Assembly (NCBI RefSeq): GCF_009914755.1
Contig: NC_060939.1
DNA from: the human T2T-CHM13v2.0 reference genome, Homo sapiens
Direction: 5' to 3' (one strand)
Length of the DNA stretch: 64,000 bases
Numbering within the stretch: the first letter of the stretch is position 1; every line of letters begins with the position of its first letter. The notes under the pieces were generated by a model. The model had not been told where the DNA came from, made no database searches, and saw only the letters and a program-made list of their open reading frames with translations. Below are positions 1-30,569 of the stretch, piece by piece. The translations under genes and the position numbers were made by a program.

Positions 1-4357
<4,357 letters not shown>

Positions 4358-7300
4358 TTTTTTCCAGTTTTTTTATTGTGGTAAAATATACACAACATAA
4401 AATTTGCCATCTTAACCACTTTTAAGTGTACACTTCAGTGTTAAATATCTTCATAATATTGTGCAACCATCACCATCATCCATTGATAACTCTGCATCTT
4501 GTAAACTCAAAACTCTATACCCGTTAAACAATAACCCTCCATTCTCCACTTCCCCCAACTCCTAGAAACCACCTTTCTATTTTCTGTCTCTATGATTTTG
4601 ACTACTGTAAATATCTCATGTAAACAGAATCAAACAGTTTTAGTGAATGGTGCATTTCACTTAGCATACTGTCCTCAAGTTTCATTCATATTATAGCATG
4701 TGTCAGAATTTCCTTCCTTTTTAGGAGTGAATTATGTTCCATTGTATGTATATATCATATTTTGCGTATTCACTCATCTGTTGATGGGTACTTGGGTTGC
4801 TTCCATGGTTTAGCTATTGTGAATACTGCCACTATGAACAACAGTGTACAAATGCCTCTTCAAGACCCTTCTTTCAATTATTTTGGGTATATACTCAGAA
4901 GTGGAATTGCTGGATCATATGGTAATTCTATTTTTAATTTTTTGAGTAACTTCCATACTGATTTAAACAGTGGCTACACCATTTTACATTCCATCAACAG
5001 TGTACAAGAGTTCCAATTTCTCCACATCCTTGCCAACATTTTAATATAATAACCGTCATAATGAATATGAAGTTGTATCTTACTGTAGCTTTGATTTGCA
5101 TTTCCCTAATGACTGAGATGTTGTGCATCTTTTTATGTGCTTGTCAGTCATTTACATATCTTCTTCAGAGGAATGTATACTCAAGTCTTTTGCCCACTTT
5201 TGAATTGGGTTGTTAGGATTTCTGATGTTGAGTTCTGTATTGTTTTATTATCTCAAAAGTTTAAATAAGATGGTCTGCTGCTATACTTGTTCTTGCTGTC
5301 CACTGTATTAGCACTTTCCCTGATGTGCTTTGGAAGTTGATCCATGAATTTCTTAAACTTTTTGCTGGAATTCCTTTAAAGGGGTCTGATTAGATGGTGA
5401 AAAGTAGACTGAGACAACCTTCAAGTGACCATGTCATTGTTTTCTTGCTATGTCTTTGGCTTGATGATTAAGATACAATTCTTTTTAAAACCAAATGGCA
5501 TTTGTTATTATGTTTCCCAAATTAGGAATCTATTTTAGTTAATATTTTAAAGAAACACAAAGGCATAACAAATACTATCATTGTTTTTACTCCAGAGTGT
5601 TAATGAATGTAAAGAGGTTAGAGAGATGTAGTGTTTAATTAATGATGCTTATTTTAACTATATTTAACATGAGTGATTTTTCATTGTCTTTAAAGAGGAA
5701 TAATGCTTATTGATTAAAGGTGAGAAATGATGGTTAAGACACTGATTCTGTGTCAAGGTCTTTGACTACATTATGCATTGTGCAAATAATTTCATTTTTC
5801 ATGAATGCCTTAGTTTTCCTACTATAAAATAAAGACAATGATGAATAAAAAAGAAGAAGAAGTTTCTCTACAGATTCTGGATATTAACCCTTTATCAGAT
5901 ATATGACTTGCAAATATAGTCTCCCATTCTGTGGATTGCCCTTTTACTCTATTTATATTGTCATTTGAGGCAGAAAAATTTTAAATTTTCATCAAGTCCA
6001 AATTGTCTATTTTTTTATTTTTCTTCCTCTTGTTCTTTGTCTTTTTTTTTATGAGTCAGGGTCTCACTATTTTTCCCAGGCAAGTCTCGAATTCCTGGGC
6101 TCAACTGATCCACCTGCCTCGGCCTGTCAAAGTGTTAGGATTACAGGCATGAGCTACTGTGTTCAGCCTCCACTTTTTTGTTGTTGTGTCCTGTGTTTTT
6201 GGTGTCATGTCCAAGAAATCCTTGCCAAATCCAACGTTGTGGAACATGTTCCTTACATTTTTCTTCTAAAAAATATTTTATAGTTTTAGGTATTTAATCC
6301 ATGTTGAGTTAATTTTTGTATACAGTGTTAGATAAGGATCCAACTCCATTCTTTTGCAAGTGGATGTCGAGTTTTTCTAGCACCATTTGTTGAAAAGACC
6401 ATATATATGAGGGTTTATTTCTGAGCTCTCTATTTTATTTCATGGGCTACATGTCTGTCTTTACGCCAGTAAGTTTTGAAATCAGGACTCGTGAGTCCTC
6501 CAGCTTTGTCTGTCTTTTTCAAGATTGTTTTCGCTATTTAAAGTTCCTTGAGATTCCATATGAATTTTAGAATGGGTTTTTCTATTTCTCAAAAAATGTC
6601 ATTGGGATTTTGATAGGGATTGCATTGAATCTATAGATCACTCTGGACAGTATTGATCTTAACAATATTACATCTTCCAGTCCATGAGCATTTATTTATA
6701 TCTTCTTTAACTTATTTGAGTAAATTTTGCAGTTTTCATTATACAAATCATTTACCTCCTTGGGTAAGTTATTTCCTAAGTATTTTATTCTTTTTGATGC
6801 TATTGTAAATGGAATTGTATTTATAATTTCCTTCTTAGATTCTCCTTCTCCTTCTTCTTCTTCTTTTGAGACAGGGCCTTGGCTCTGTAGCCCAGGCCGG
6901 AGAGCTGTGGCATGACCACGGCTCACTGCAGCCACCACCTCCCAGGCTCAAGCAATCCTAACACCTCGGCCTCAAGAGTAGCTGGGACTACAGGCACGCA
7001 GTATTTAGCCTAATTTTTTCAATTTTTTTGTAGAGACAGTGTCTCACTAAGTTGCCCAGGCTGGTCTCAAACTCCTGAGCTCAATGACCTTCCACCTCAG
7101 CCTCCCAAAGTGATGGGATTACAGGTGTAAGCCACCACACCCAGCTTCTTCATTGTTAATGTATAGAAAGGCACCTGATTTTTTGTGCTGACTTTGTATC
7201 CTGCTACTTTGCTGAATTCATTTATTAGCTCTAACAGTTGTGTGTGTAATCCTTAGGGTTTTCTACATATAAAATCATTCATCTGCAAACACAGATAATT

Positions 7301-7775
7301 TAACTTCTTGCTTTCTGATTTGGAAGCCTTTTATTTCTTTTTCTTGCCTAATTGCTCCAGCTAGAACTTAGTACTATGTTGATAGACGTGGCAAAAGTGG
7401 GTAAACTTGTCTTGTACCTGGTCTTGGAGGAAAAGCTTTCAGTTTTTCACCACTGAGTATGGTGTTTGCTGTGGGTTTTTCACACATAGCTTTTATTATG
7501 TTGAGGTAATTTCCTTCTATTTCTAGTTTGTTGAGTGTTTTTATCATGAAAGGGTGTTGGAGTTTGTCAAATGCTTTTTCTACATCAGTCAAGATGATCA
7601 TGTGCTTTTTCCATTCATTCTGTTAATGTGGTGTATTCCATTGATTGATTTTCATATATGGAACCATTGTTGCATTCCAGAAAAAAAAAAACCACATGGC
7701 CATGGTGCATATTCCTTTTTTATACGTTACTAAATTCGGTTTGCTGGTATTTTGTTGAGGATTTTATATCAATGC
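4358..7775 (-). mobile_element. L1MA/L1MB-type element (3' UTR then ORF2), interrupted by a foreign insert (~5240-5860), a FLAM (~6043-6168) and an AluJ (~6863-7145)
   Basis: Typical L1MB 3' end (tttttattgtggtaaaatatacacaacataaaattt). ORF fragments 7374..7601 and 6696..6938 resemble L1 reverse transcriptase (EKAFDK, KRIKYLG). Confidence 0.85.
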
Positions 7776-8191
7776 TGATATGGTTCGGATGTGTGTCCTC
7801 CTTCAAGTCTCATGCTGAAATGTGATCCCCAATGTTGCAGGTGGGGCCAAGCACTATTCCCTTGGTGATGAGTGAGTTCTCACTCAGTTAGTTTACATGA
7901 GAGCTGGTTGTTTATTTTTTTGTTTATTTAATTTTTTTACTCAGATCATTTCTTCTCCAGAATTTTTCATTTGGTCGTTTAAAGAATCCTGGCTCCTCCT
8001 CCTCTCTCACTCCCTCTCTCACCATGTGATACACCAGCTCCCGCTTTGCCTTCCTAAGGCCTCACCATAGACAGATATGGCACTATGCTTCTTGTACAGC
8101 CTGCAGAACCATAAGCCAAAATAAACCTCTTTCTTTATAAATTGCCTAGTCTCAGGTATTCCTTTACTGCAACACAAAACAGACTGACACA
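7776..8191 (+). mobile_element. MaLR solo LTR (MSTA/MSTB-like)
   Basis: Starts tgatatggtt, ends ...aacagactgacaca, contains aataaacctcttctttataaatt. 5-bp TSD-like aatgc/aatgt. Confidence 0.85.
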
Positions 8192-8380
8192 AATGTTCAT
8201 AATACTTTAATCTCTGAAAGTTATAATGAGTTATAACACTCTAATTTGAACTATACCAGCTTAACTTCAATAACATGCAAAAATTCTACTCCTTTACAGC
8301 TCTGTCTCCACCCTTTGGTTGATGATGTCACAAAATTATATTTTACAGATTGTGTGCCCCAAAATATAAACTAACAAGTC

Positions 8381-8675
<295 letters not shown>

Positions 8676-9637
8676 ATAAATGAATAATTCTTTTAAATGC
8701 ACTACTCTCTTAAATTGTGTAGAAAACACAATATGGGGTTGTAAACCAAAGTTACAATAATACTAAAAAGTGTTAGTCTTTTAAAGCATGTAGAAAACAA
8801 AAAGTGAAGTTACAAACCATTGTTATAATAATACTAGCTTTTATAATTGCCATAAATTTACCTTTATTTAGATCTGTATTTGTTCATATGGCTTTGAGTT
8901 ACTGTTGAGTGTCCGATCATTTCATCCTGCAGGACTCCCTTGAGTGTGTTTTTCTTATTTTGTCTCACTAGTGATACTTTGAGCATTTCTTGCAGGGCAA
9001 GTCCAGTGGTAACAGGCTCCCTCAGTTTTTATTTACCTGGAAAGGTCTTAATTTCTGCCTCACTTTTGAAGGACAGTTTTGCTGAATATAAGATTCTTGG
9101 TTGACAGACTTTCCCCTGCCTGCCTTTTAGCACTTTGAATATAATGGCCCACAGCCTTCTGACCTTCAAAGGTCCTGATGAGAAACCTTCTAATAATCTT
9201 ATTGAGGATCCCTTATATGTGATAAGTCACTTTTCTCTTGCTTCTTTAAATATTCTCTCATTGTTTTTGGTTTCCAAAAGTTTAATTACAATGTGTCTCA
9301 GTGTGGATCTCTGAGTTCATCTTACTTAGAGTTTTTTGAGCTTCTTGGATGTTTATACTCATGTCTTTCATTTAATTTGGGAAGTTTTCAGTCATTATTT
9401 CTTCAAATATTCTCTCTGCCCCAACTCTCTCTCTCTCCTCTTTCTGAAATTACCATAATACACACTTTTGTCCACTTGATTGTGTCCCACAGGTCCCTTT
9501 GGCTCACTTTTCTTCAATCTTTATTCTTTCTGTTCCTCAGACTCAATACTTTCCATTGTCCTTCTTCACATTCACTGATTCTTTCTTCTGCCTACACAAA
9601 CCTGCCTTTTCTTTCTTTCTTTTTTTTTTTTTTTTGA

Positions 9638-10360
<723 letters not shown>

Positions 10361-10454
10361 TTAATATTTCCATTTTATTTATACATTATTTTCTTGATTT
10401 TTTTTCCCCACATCTTCCTTTAGTGATTTGAGCATCTTTAAGACAGTTGTTTTA

Positions 10455-10870
<416 letters not shown>

Positions 10871-11076
10871 GAAAAGACAGTTGTTTTAAAGTCTTTGTTT
10901 GGTATGTTTGCTATCAGGTCTTTTTCAGGCACAATTTCTGTTGCTTTATTATTATTATTTTTTGAATAGGCCAAACTTTTCTGTTTCTTTGTATAACTTA
11001 TTTTTTTTTTGTTGAAAACTGGACAGTTGGATCTAATAATGTGGTTAACTCTGGAAAGAAGATGCTCTCCCTTTCC

Positions 11077-11276
11077 TACAATAGCAGGTAACCATCCTCC
11101 ACCCCTGAGCCACTTGGCAGGCAGTTTGTGCATGTGTTCCTAGAGCACCTTGCAAACATCATGCGGGAGCCCAGGTGGGGAAAAAGGTCCCTGTCCTTCA
11201 AATATTAGGCATCTAAGCCATGATTGCTGATTACCGCTTCTGATCATAGAGGTGCAGACAAAGAGGTTGGCTGCCA
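11077..11276 (-). repeat. 200-bp inverted duplicate of 13596-13795
   Basis: Manual reverse-complement alignment: 200 bp, no gaps, 4 mismatches. Confidence 0.95.
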
Positions 11277-11351
11277 AGGTTTGCTATTTTTATTACTGTT
11301 TATTTTTATTTGGGTAGGCAGTCTCTGTGCCAAGAATCATCTGAGATGTGA

Positions 11352-11657
<306 letters not shown>

Positions 11658-11659
11658 AA

Positions 11660-13330
<1,671 letters not shown>

Positions 13331-14070
13331 TGATGTAGAAACTTAAGGTCCTCTCAGATCTTTTCTGAGTTTTTCCCTGTGCATTCATGGTCACTTTCTG
13401 CTTTTCCCCATATATATAGTTATGTTTCAATGTCTTAGTCTTTCAAGTCTGGATCCCAAAAGAAGAAAAAAGAGAAAAATGAAGGGGAGAAAGAAAGGGC
13501 ATCAACCACTTAAATGCCAGTCCTTTCAATCCCTTGGAAGTCACTTCAGCTGGAGTGGGAGGGGCTTGCAACAATTGGGGAAGATGCAACAACAATGGCA
13601 GCCAACCTCTTTGTCTGCACCTCTATGATCAGAAGCAGTAATCAGCAATCATGGCTTAGATGCCTAATATTTGAAGGACAGGGACCTTTTTCCCCACCTG
13701 GGCTCCCACAAGATGTTTGCAAGGTGTTCTAGGAACACATGCACAAACTGCCTGCCAAGTGGCTCAGGGGTGGAGGATGGTTACCTGCTATTGTATTCAG
13801 GAGCTGAATTTGACCAAATTTATACTCACTTTAGCATCCAAGCCTTCTCCTGGATGGTGCAAGCCTTCAGTAGACTCTAGAATTTCAAAATAGTTTCATC
13901 AGACAAATTCTGCCAGTGCAATTGTTGTTAGGTTGGGAGACAGATTCCTGGTGCCTTCTATTCTGTCATCTTCCCAGAATCCTGTATCAAGTAGCTGGGA
14001 TTTTAACTGGGAATGTATTGAATCTATAAAGTCAGGAAGAATTGACATCTTAATAATATTAAGTCTTCCT

Positions 14071-14640
14071 CAGTATGGCGATTCCTCAAGGTTCTAGAAC
14101 TAGAAATACCATTTGACCCAGCCATCCCATTACTGGGTATATACCCAAAGGATTATAAATCATGCTGCTATAAAGACACATGCACACGTATGTTTATTAC
14201 GGCACTATTCACAATAGCAAAGACTTGGAACCAACCCAAATGTCCATCAATGATAGACTGGATTAAGAAAATGTGGCACATATATACCATGGAATACTAT
14301 GCAGCCATAAAAAATGATGAGTTCATGTTCTTTGTAGGGACATGGATGAAGCTGGAAACCATCATTCTCAGCAAACTATTACAAGGACAGAAAACCAAAC
14401 ACCGCATGTTCTCACTCATAGGTGGGAATTGAACAATGAGAACACTTGGACACAAGAAGGGGAACATCACACACGGGGCGTGTCATGGGGTGGGGGAGGG
14501 GGGAGGGATAGCATTAGGAGATATACCTAATGTAAATGATGAGTTAATGGGTGCAGCACACCAACATGGCACGTGTATACCTATGTAACAATCTGCATGT
14601 TGTGCACATGTACCCTAGAACTTAAAGTATAATAAAAAAT
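14071..14640 (+). mobile_element. Short 5'-truncated L1PA 3' end
   Basis: ORF 14190..14432 is the L1 ORF2 C-terminus (...SLIGGN). 3' UTR with G-tract, ending cttaaagtataataaaaa. TSD aagtcttcct on both sides. Confidence 0.95.
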
Positions 14641-15262
14641 AATATAAGTCTTCCTATTCATGAACAATAAATAGCTCTTGATTTATTTCTTTGATTTCTT
14701 CCATCAGAGTTTTGTATTTTCCCTCATATAGATTATATGCATATTTTATTAGATTTATATCTAAGTATTTCATTTTTGGTGGTGCTAACGTAAATGGTAC
14801 GATGCTTTTAATTTCACATTCTACTAGTTTACTGCCGGTATATTTAGCTGGTATATAGGATAGTGATTGAAATTTTTATATTTACTTTGTATCCTGCAAT
14901 CTTGCTATAATTGTTTATTAGTTCCAGAAGGTTTTTTTGTAAATTCATTTGGATTTTTACATAGAAAATCATGTCTTCTGTGAACAAAGACAGTTTTTAT
15001 TTCTTCTGTCCAAATCTATATAACTTATTTCCTTTTCTTTTCTTATTTCATTAGCTAAGAGTTCTAGTACAACATTGAAAAGGAGTGGTGAAAGGGAACA
15101 TTCTGGCCTCGTACCTGATCTTAGCAAGAAAGCTTCCAGTTTCTTACCTTAAGTATGTTGTTAGCTTCAGGCTTTCTGTAGATGTTCTTTATCAAGTTGA
15201 AGACATTCTCCTCTATTCCTACTTCAATGAAAGTTTTTTTTTTTTTTGAGATGGGGCCTCAC

Positions 15263-15372
15263 CGTGAACCCGGGAGGCGGAGCTTGCAGTGAGCCGAGAT
15301 CCCGCCACTGCACTCCAGCCTGGGCGACAGAGCGAGATTCCGGCTCAAAAAAAAAAAAAAAAAAAAAAAAAA
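15263..15372 (+). mobile_element. 5'-truncated AluY (Ya5-like) inserted into an antisense AluJ fragment (~15235-15530)
   Basis: Perfect 15-bp TSD gagatggggcctcac at 15248-15262 and 15373-15387; 26-A tail; gagatcccgccactg variant. Confidence 0.9.
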
Positions 15373-15429
15373 GAGATGGGGCCTCACTTTATTGCTCAGG
15401 CTGGAATTCAGTGGCGTGATCATGGTTCA

Positions 15430-15850
<421 letters not shown>

Positions 15851-17377
15851 AAGGAAACAAGGAGACAATAGAGGACAGACAGGGCAAGAAGCATTAAAAG
15901 ATATTCTTCTTAGTAAATATGAATTAACAGAGACCAGTTTTAAAGTACGAATTCTCTAAGAGGATAGTTAAAATTTCAGTCATACCTTAAATCAGATTAT
16001 TCAAATCAATCATATAGTGATATACTGAAATATTACTAAGCAGACGCTTTGATAGTTAAGAAAAGAGAAGGAAGAAGAAACTTTGCAAAGGAAAGGTCTA
16101 GATAGGGGAAGAATTTTGACAGCTTTCAGGCAGGATGAAGGGGCTAATTACCTGGAGGACAGGGATACTGAAAAAGCATGAAGGCATGAAGGAGATTGTT
16201 AATGACAAACTTTACCTCCTTTATAATTTTGCCTAAAACCATGGAGGCATCAGATGTTTGACTGGCTTGAAAACCTGTAACTTTCATTTTCTTTTATTCA
16301 TACCTGCATTCCCATGCATCGTATTTAAATAAATATTCTTAAAAAGTAAAAACGAAAAATGAAATTTCCTCAGCCATTTATATTCCTTTGACTCTAGCCT
16401 CTTGTCATAAATGCTTAGCTTTACTATCTTCCTTCTTTTCTCGTCCTCTTTTACTTTTTGCTGCCCCATTCTTTGATGGAACAAAATCCTATTTCCTTCT
16501 ATTTTTTTTACACACAGCAATTCATGTTTCTCTAGTCTTTATCCCAAAATCAGCTCTGGGGCTATGGAGATTCAAAAGCTCAGCTAATTATTTGAAAACC
16601 TTGTGTTTCAAACTCTGGCCATTAGAAAAGATCCATACCCTCTAATACCCTAGTATTAGAGGAGGGGTTTATTCTGTTATTACATTTTCTCTTTGGAGTG
16701 TTTTGCAAAGCTGCTGCACCCATTTTTTTTCTAAGAGTAGACTGAAAAAAAGACCAAACACATTATTAATTGTGGTAATTTTCTTGCTTATCTTTCTGTT
16801 CTGGGAAATGACTATAGCTTTTCTGCCTTTAGAGGGGTATTAGCTCCACTGCTCTCTTCAAGCTGTGCTTTTGGATTTGTGCCAGGCCTTACTGGGTAGC
16901 TAAGCTAGTTCAAAGGGGCAGCATATGCAGTAAGATCTATGGAAGAAGCAGTACTTCCAGGGTATCGGTTGTTACATCTTCCTCTTCTACCTCACTACCC
17001 TAACTTACCATCAGAACTAAGAAGAAACTTTACTTACATGGATGAACAAAAGAACAAAATAATCAACACTCAAAAATCAGAAACTAATTTAAAAATTAGC
17101 AATATAACCAATTAGAAAATGTAACAATAAACTATATTCAAAATAGTAAAGAATAAAACACCCAAGAATAAAAATAACTGTAGAAGATATATATGAAGAA
17201 AACTTTAAAACTTTTCTACAGGACATAACAAAAGACTGATTTCAATAGTGGCATACCACATAATCACTTTCTTTCCTCCTCTACAGCTAGAGATAACTAT
17301 ACGATATATTTCTGTCCAATGAGACAATAGAGTAAACGTGTATTTGCTTTGTAAACACTAATAGTGCTGCTCTCAGC

Positions 17378-17987
<610 letters not shown>

Positions 17988-18298
17988 TCCTCTGGTCTTA
18001 AATGCTATTGTGATGGCCAGAGCTGCAACAGTCATCTTGGATGTATGAAGAAAAAGCATGAAGTCAAGAGCCAACATACTGAGGATGGAAGAGCAGAAAT
18101 ACAGAAAAACCGTTAAGTCCTCAATGACAGTGTTGAGCAGGGGAAACTGCCAAGAACTACCTACTTCCAGAATTCTTGTTATATGAGAAAATTAAAGCCA
18201 TATTTTCAAAGCCAGTATTAGTTGGATTGTCTATTACAGGGAGCTACATACTTTTCTAGCAAAGTGTAAATACTACAAAAGACAATAAGTCTAATATC

Positions 18299-18472
18299 AG
18301 CCAGGTGCAGTGGCACATGCCAATAACTCAGGAGGCTGAGGTGGGAAGACTGCTTGAGCCCAGGAGTTCAAATCCAGCCTGGGCAACATAGCAAGACCCC
18401 ATCTCCATACTTGATCTTAGCCAAAAGGCGATAAGCAGTAAGATCCGATTTCTAAAAAAAAAATAAAATAAA
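18299..18472 (+). mobile_element. FLAM/Alu left monomer interrupted by a U2 fragment
   Basis: Alu monomer motifs and A-rich tail. Confidence 0.85.
18405..18439 (-). pseudogene. U2 snRNA 5'-fragment pseudogene (about nt 1-35)
   Basis: The reverse complement gcttatcgccttttggctaagatcaagt matches the U2 5' end ATCGCTTCTCGGCCTTTTGGCTAAGATCAAGTG. Confidence 0.9.
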
Positions 18473-18853
18473 ATCAGATGATGGAAGACAAAAAGAATAA
18501 AGGGAAAGAACAGGAAAGATTCCATTATCAATTGCATCCTTCTCATAACAGTCATTAGATCAATCCAAAGAAAATGATCATTAGGGCATATATAAAGTTA
18601 TTATAAATGCATTCAATAGAAAAAATTCAAACATTCTAAATTATCGGAATAAATATAAACAAAAACAAAGGAAAGGAAACACAGACCACATTTTGAAAAT
18701 AATTAAGGCTATAGACATGAAAAGCATATCCCAATAATATGATATATTCCAAACCAAATACAATTTGTGTAAATAAATGTGAATACTTGGGAGTCTCTCT
18801 AAGCCTTCTCTGGCTAGAAGGGCTGCCCATAAAAAAATTTAAAAACATTTTTA

Positions 18854-19499
<646 letters not shown>

Positions 19500-19500
<1 letters not shown>

Positions 19501-21660
19501 AGTATATATAAAAGGAAAAATTGACAAATTGCATTTCATGAAAATCAAAAACTTCTGTTCTGTGAAAGACCCCATTAAGAAGAGGAAGAACAAGCTATAG
19601 AGTGGAAGAAAATATTTGCAAACCACATCTGACAAAGGACTAGGATATATAAAGAACTTTCAAACCCCAGCAATTAAAAAAGCACACAAAGGAAACAATC
19701 CAATGAGAATGGGCAAATACATGAACAGGCATCTCACCAAAGAGGATATACAGATAGCAAATAAACACATGAAAAGATATTCAACATCAATAGACATTAG
19801 AAAAATGCAAATTAAAAATCACAGTGAGACATTACTACACATCTATTGGAATGGCTAAAATAAAAACTAGTGATATCACCAAATGCTTTGAAGGATACAG
19901 AGAAACCAGATCATACAGATATTACTGGTGAGAATGTTAAATAGTACAGCCACTCTAGAAAACAGTTTGGCAGTCTCTTATAAACTAAACATGCAATTAC
20001 TATATAACCCAGCAACTGAACTCTTGGGCATGTATCCCAGAGAAGAGAAAACTTATATTCACACACATAAAAACATGTACATGAATGGTCATAGCAGTTT
20101 TGTTCATAATAGCCCCAAACTGGAAATACTCTAAATGTCCTTCAATGAGTGAATGGTTAAACTGTGGTACATAAATACCATGGAATACTACTCAGCAATA
20201 AAAGGAACAAACTATTGATACACACAACTTCGATGGATCTCAAGGAAATTATGTTGAGTGAAAAGGCCAAACTTAAAGGTTTTATATTTATGATTCCATT
20301 TATAAAACAGACTTGAAATGACAAAATATGAGAGATAAAGAAAGAATGTGTAGCTGTCAAGGGTTAGGAATTGGGGGATGGGAGAAGGATAAAAGGGAGT
20401 TGTGGTTATTAAAGAACAGGAGGAGATCCTTGTGTTGATGGAACTGTTCTGTATCTTCACTGTGGTTGTGGATACACAAACTTACATGTAATCAAACTGC
20501 ATAGAATTAAATACAATTAAGCTTCTAGAAGAAAACAGTTATCTCCATGACATCAGGGTAAGCAAAGATTTCTTAAACAGGACCCACACATAAAAATAAC
20601 AGTAACCATGAAAGATCATTTGATACTTTGGATTTCGTTAAGATTAAGAATTTTTTTTTTTTTTAGATGGAATCTTGCTCTGTTGCATGGACTGGAGTGC
20701 AGGGACACAATCTCCGCTCACTGCAACCTCTGCCTCCCAGGTTCAAGTGATTCTCCTGCCTCAGCCTCCTGAGTAGCTGAGATTACAGGTGTGCACCACC
20801 ACACTCAGCTAATTTTTGTATTTTTAGTAGAGACCGGGTTTCGCCATGTTGGCCAGGCTAGTCTCAAATTCCTGACCTCAAGGAATCCACCTGCCTTGGC
20901 CTCCCAAAGTTCTGGGATTACAGGCGTGAGCCACTGCGCTGGCCAGGCAAATATTAAAATTTTTGATAAGACAATCTTAGAGTGGGGAACATAAATTGGC
21001 ACTGCCTCTACAGAGGGAAATTTAACAGCAACAAGAGAAATGTTTAAATGTTTAAAATATACTCTTTAATTCAATTCCTAGGAATTTAATCCTATAGATA
21101 AATTCATACATATGGAAAGTGATTTGCATTTGTAGTCATTCACTTCAGGATTATTGGTAAATCTGTAAACAACTTAGTCTATCATAGAAGACTGAAAAAT
21201 ATCCATTATTATTTATTCAGTCAATAGAATACCGTTAAACTGTTGAGAAAAAGGAAGCTTTTTTTTTTTTTGAGACGGAGTTTCGTTCTTATTGCCCAGG
21301 CTGGGGTTCAATGGTGTGGTCTCGGCTCACTGCAACCTCCATCTCCTGGGTTCAAGCAATTCTCCTGCCTCAGCCTCCCGTAGCAGGGATTACAGATGCC
21401 TGCCACCACACCTGGCTAATTTTTTTGTATTTTTAGTAAAGACAGGGTTTCACCATGTTGGCCAGGCTGGTCTTGAACTCCTGACCTCAGATGATCTGCC
21501 TGCCTTGGCCTCCCAAAGTGCTGGGATTACAGGCGTGAGGCACGGCACCTGGCCAAGGAAGCTTTTTACGAATCAGTAAGGAAGTGTTAAAGACAAAAAA
21601 AAAATTTAAGGTGAGAAAACAATTATATGTATTATATATTTTTTATTTAAAAAATTTTAA
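19500..21660 (+). mobile_element. L1MC/L1ME 3' fragments with antisense AluS insertions (~20651-20943, ~21259-21554)
   Basis: L1 ORF2 C-terminal-like peptides (KEDIQIANKHMKRYSTS). Alu TSD aaggaagcttttt. Confidence 0.75.
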
Positions 21661-21849
21661 AGTTTAAAAATGTTTAATTTTAGGGGCAGGGTCCTGCTGT
21701 GTCATGCAGGCCAGAGTGCGGTGGCCCAATCATAGCTCACTGCAGCCTCCAACTCCTGGGCTCAAGCAATCCTCCCTCCTCAGTCTCCTGAGTAGCTAAG
21801 ATGACAGGCGTGCACCACCATTCCCAGCTAATTTTTTAAAAAATATTTT

Positions 21850-23200
<1,351 letters not shown>

Positions 23201-23257
23201 TCAAGTGATCCTCCTGCCTCGGCCTCCCAAAGTACTGAGATTATAGGACTTAGCCAG

Positions 23258-23472
23258 ACATACATACATACATATATATAATATATATATCATAATATTT
23301 ATATATACACAAACATACACATATATACACCACACATTTTTAAAGGTAAAAAAGAATTGTACATATATATATACACTTTATATGTATATATACATTTATA
23401 GCTGAAAATGCATTGTATTTGTATATATACATATACTTATATATGCATATATGTAAATATGTAAAATATAAA
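23258..23472. repeat. AT-rich (TA/CATA)n low-complexity tract
   Basis: Read directly. Confidence 0.85.
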
Positions 23473-23691
23473 ATTTTGATTAAAAGGAAGACATAAGTGG
23501 TTAAAAAAAAACACACAAAAACCAAGCCTATCCCCTTACTTCTAGACTGCTTCTCTTCACTTCATACTGTGTATCACTTGGTCAATTCCTAAAATGCCAG
23601 CCTTCATCAGTTTGTTGTTAAAATGTAAAATTGTGATTCAGTAGATTCTGGGCGAGATTGGTGGGATTGGGATCTGAGGTTCTGTGTTTCC

Positions 23692-30564
<6,873 letters not shown>

Positions 30565-30569
30565 ATAAT

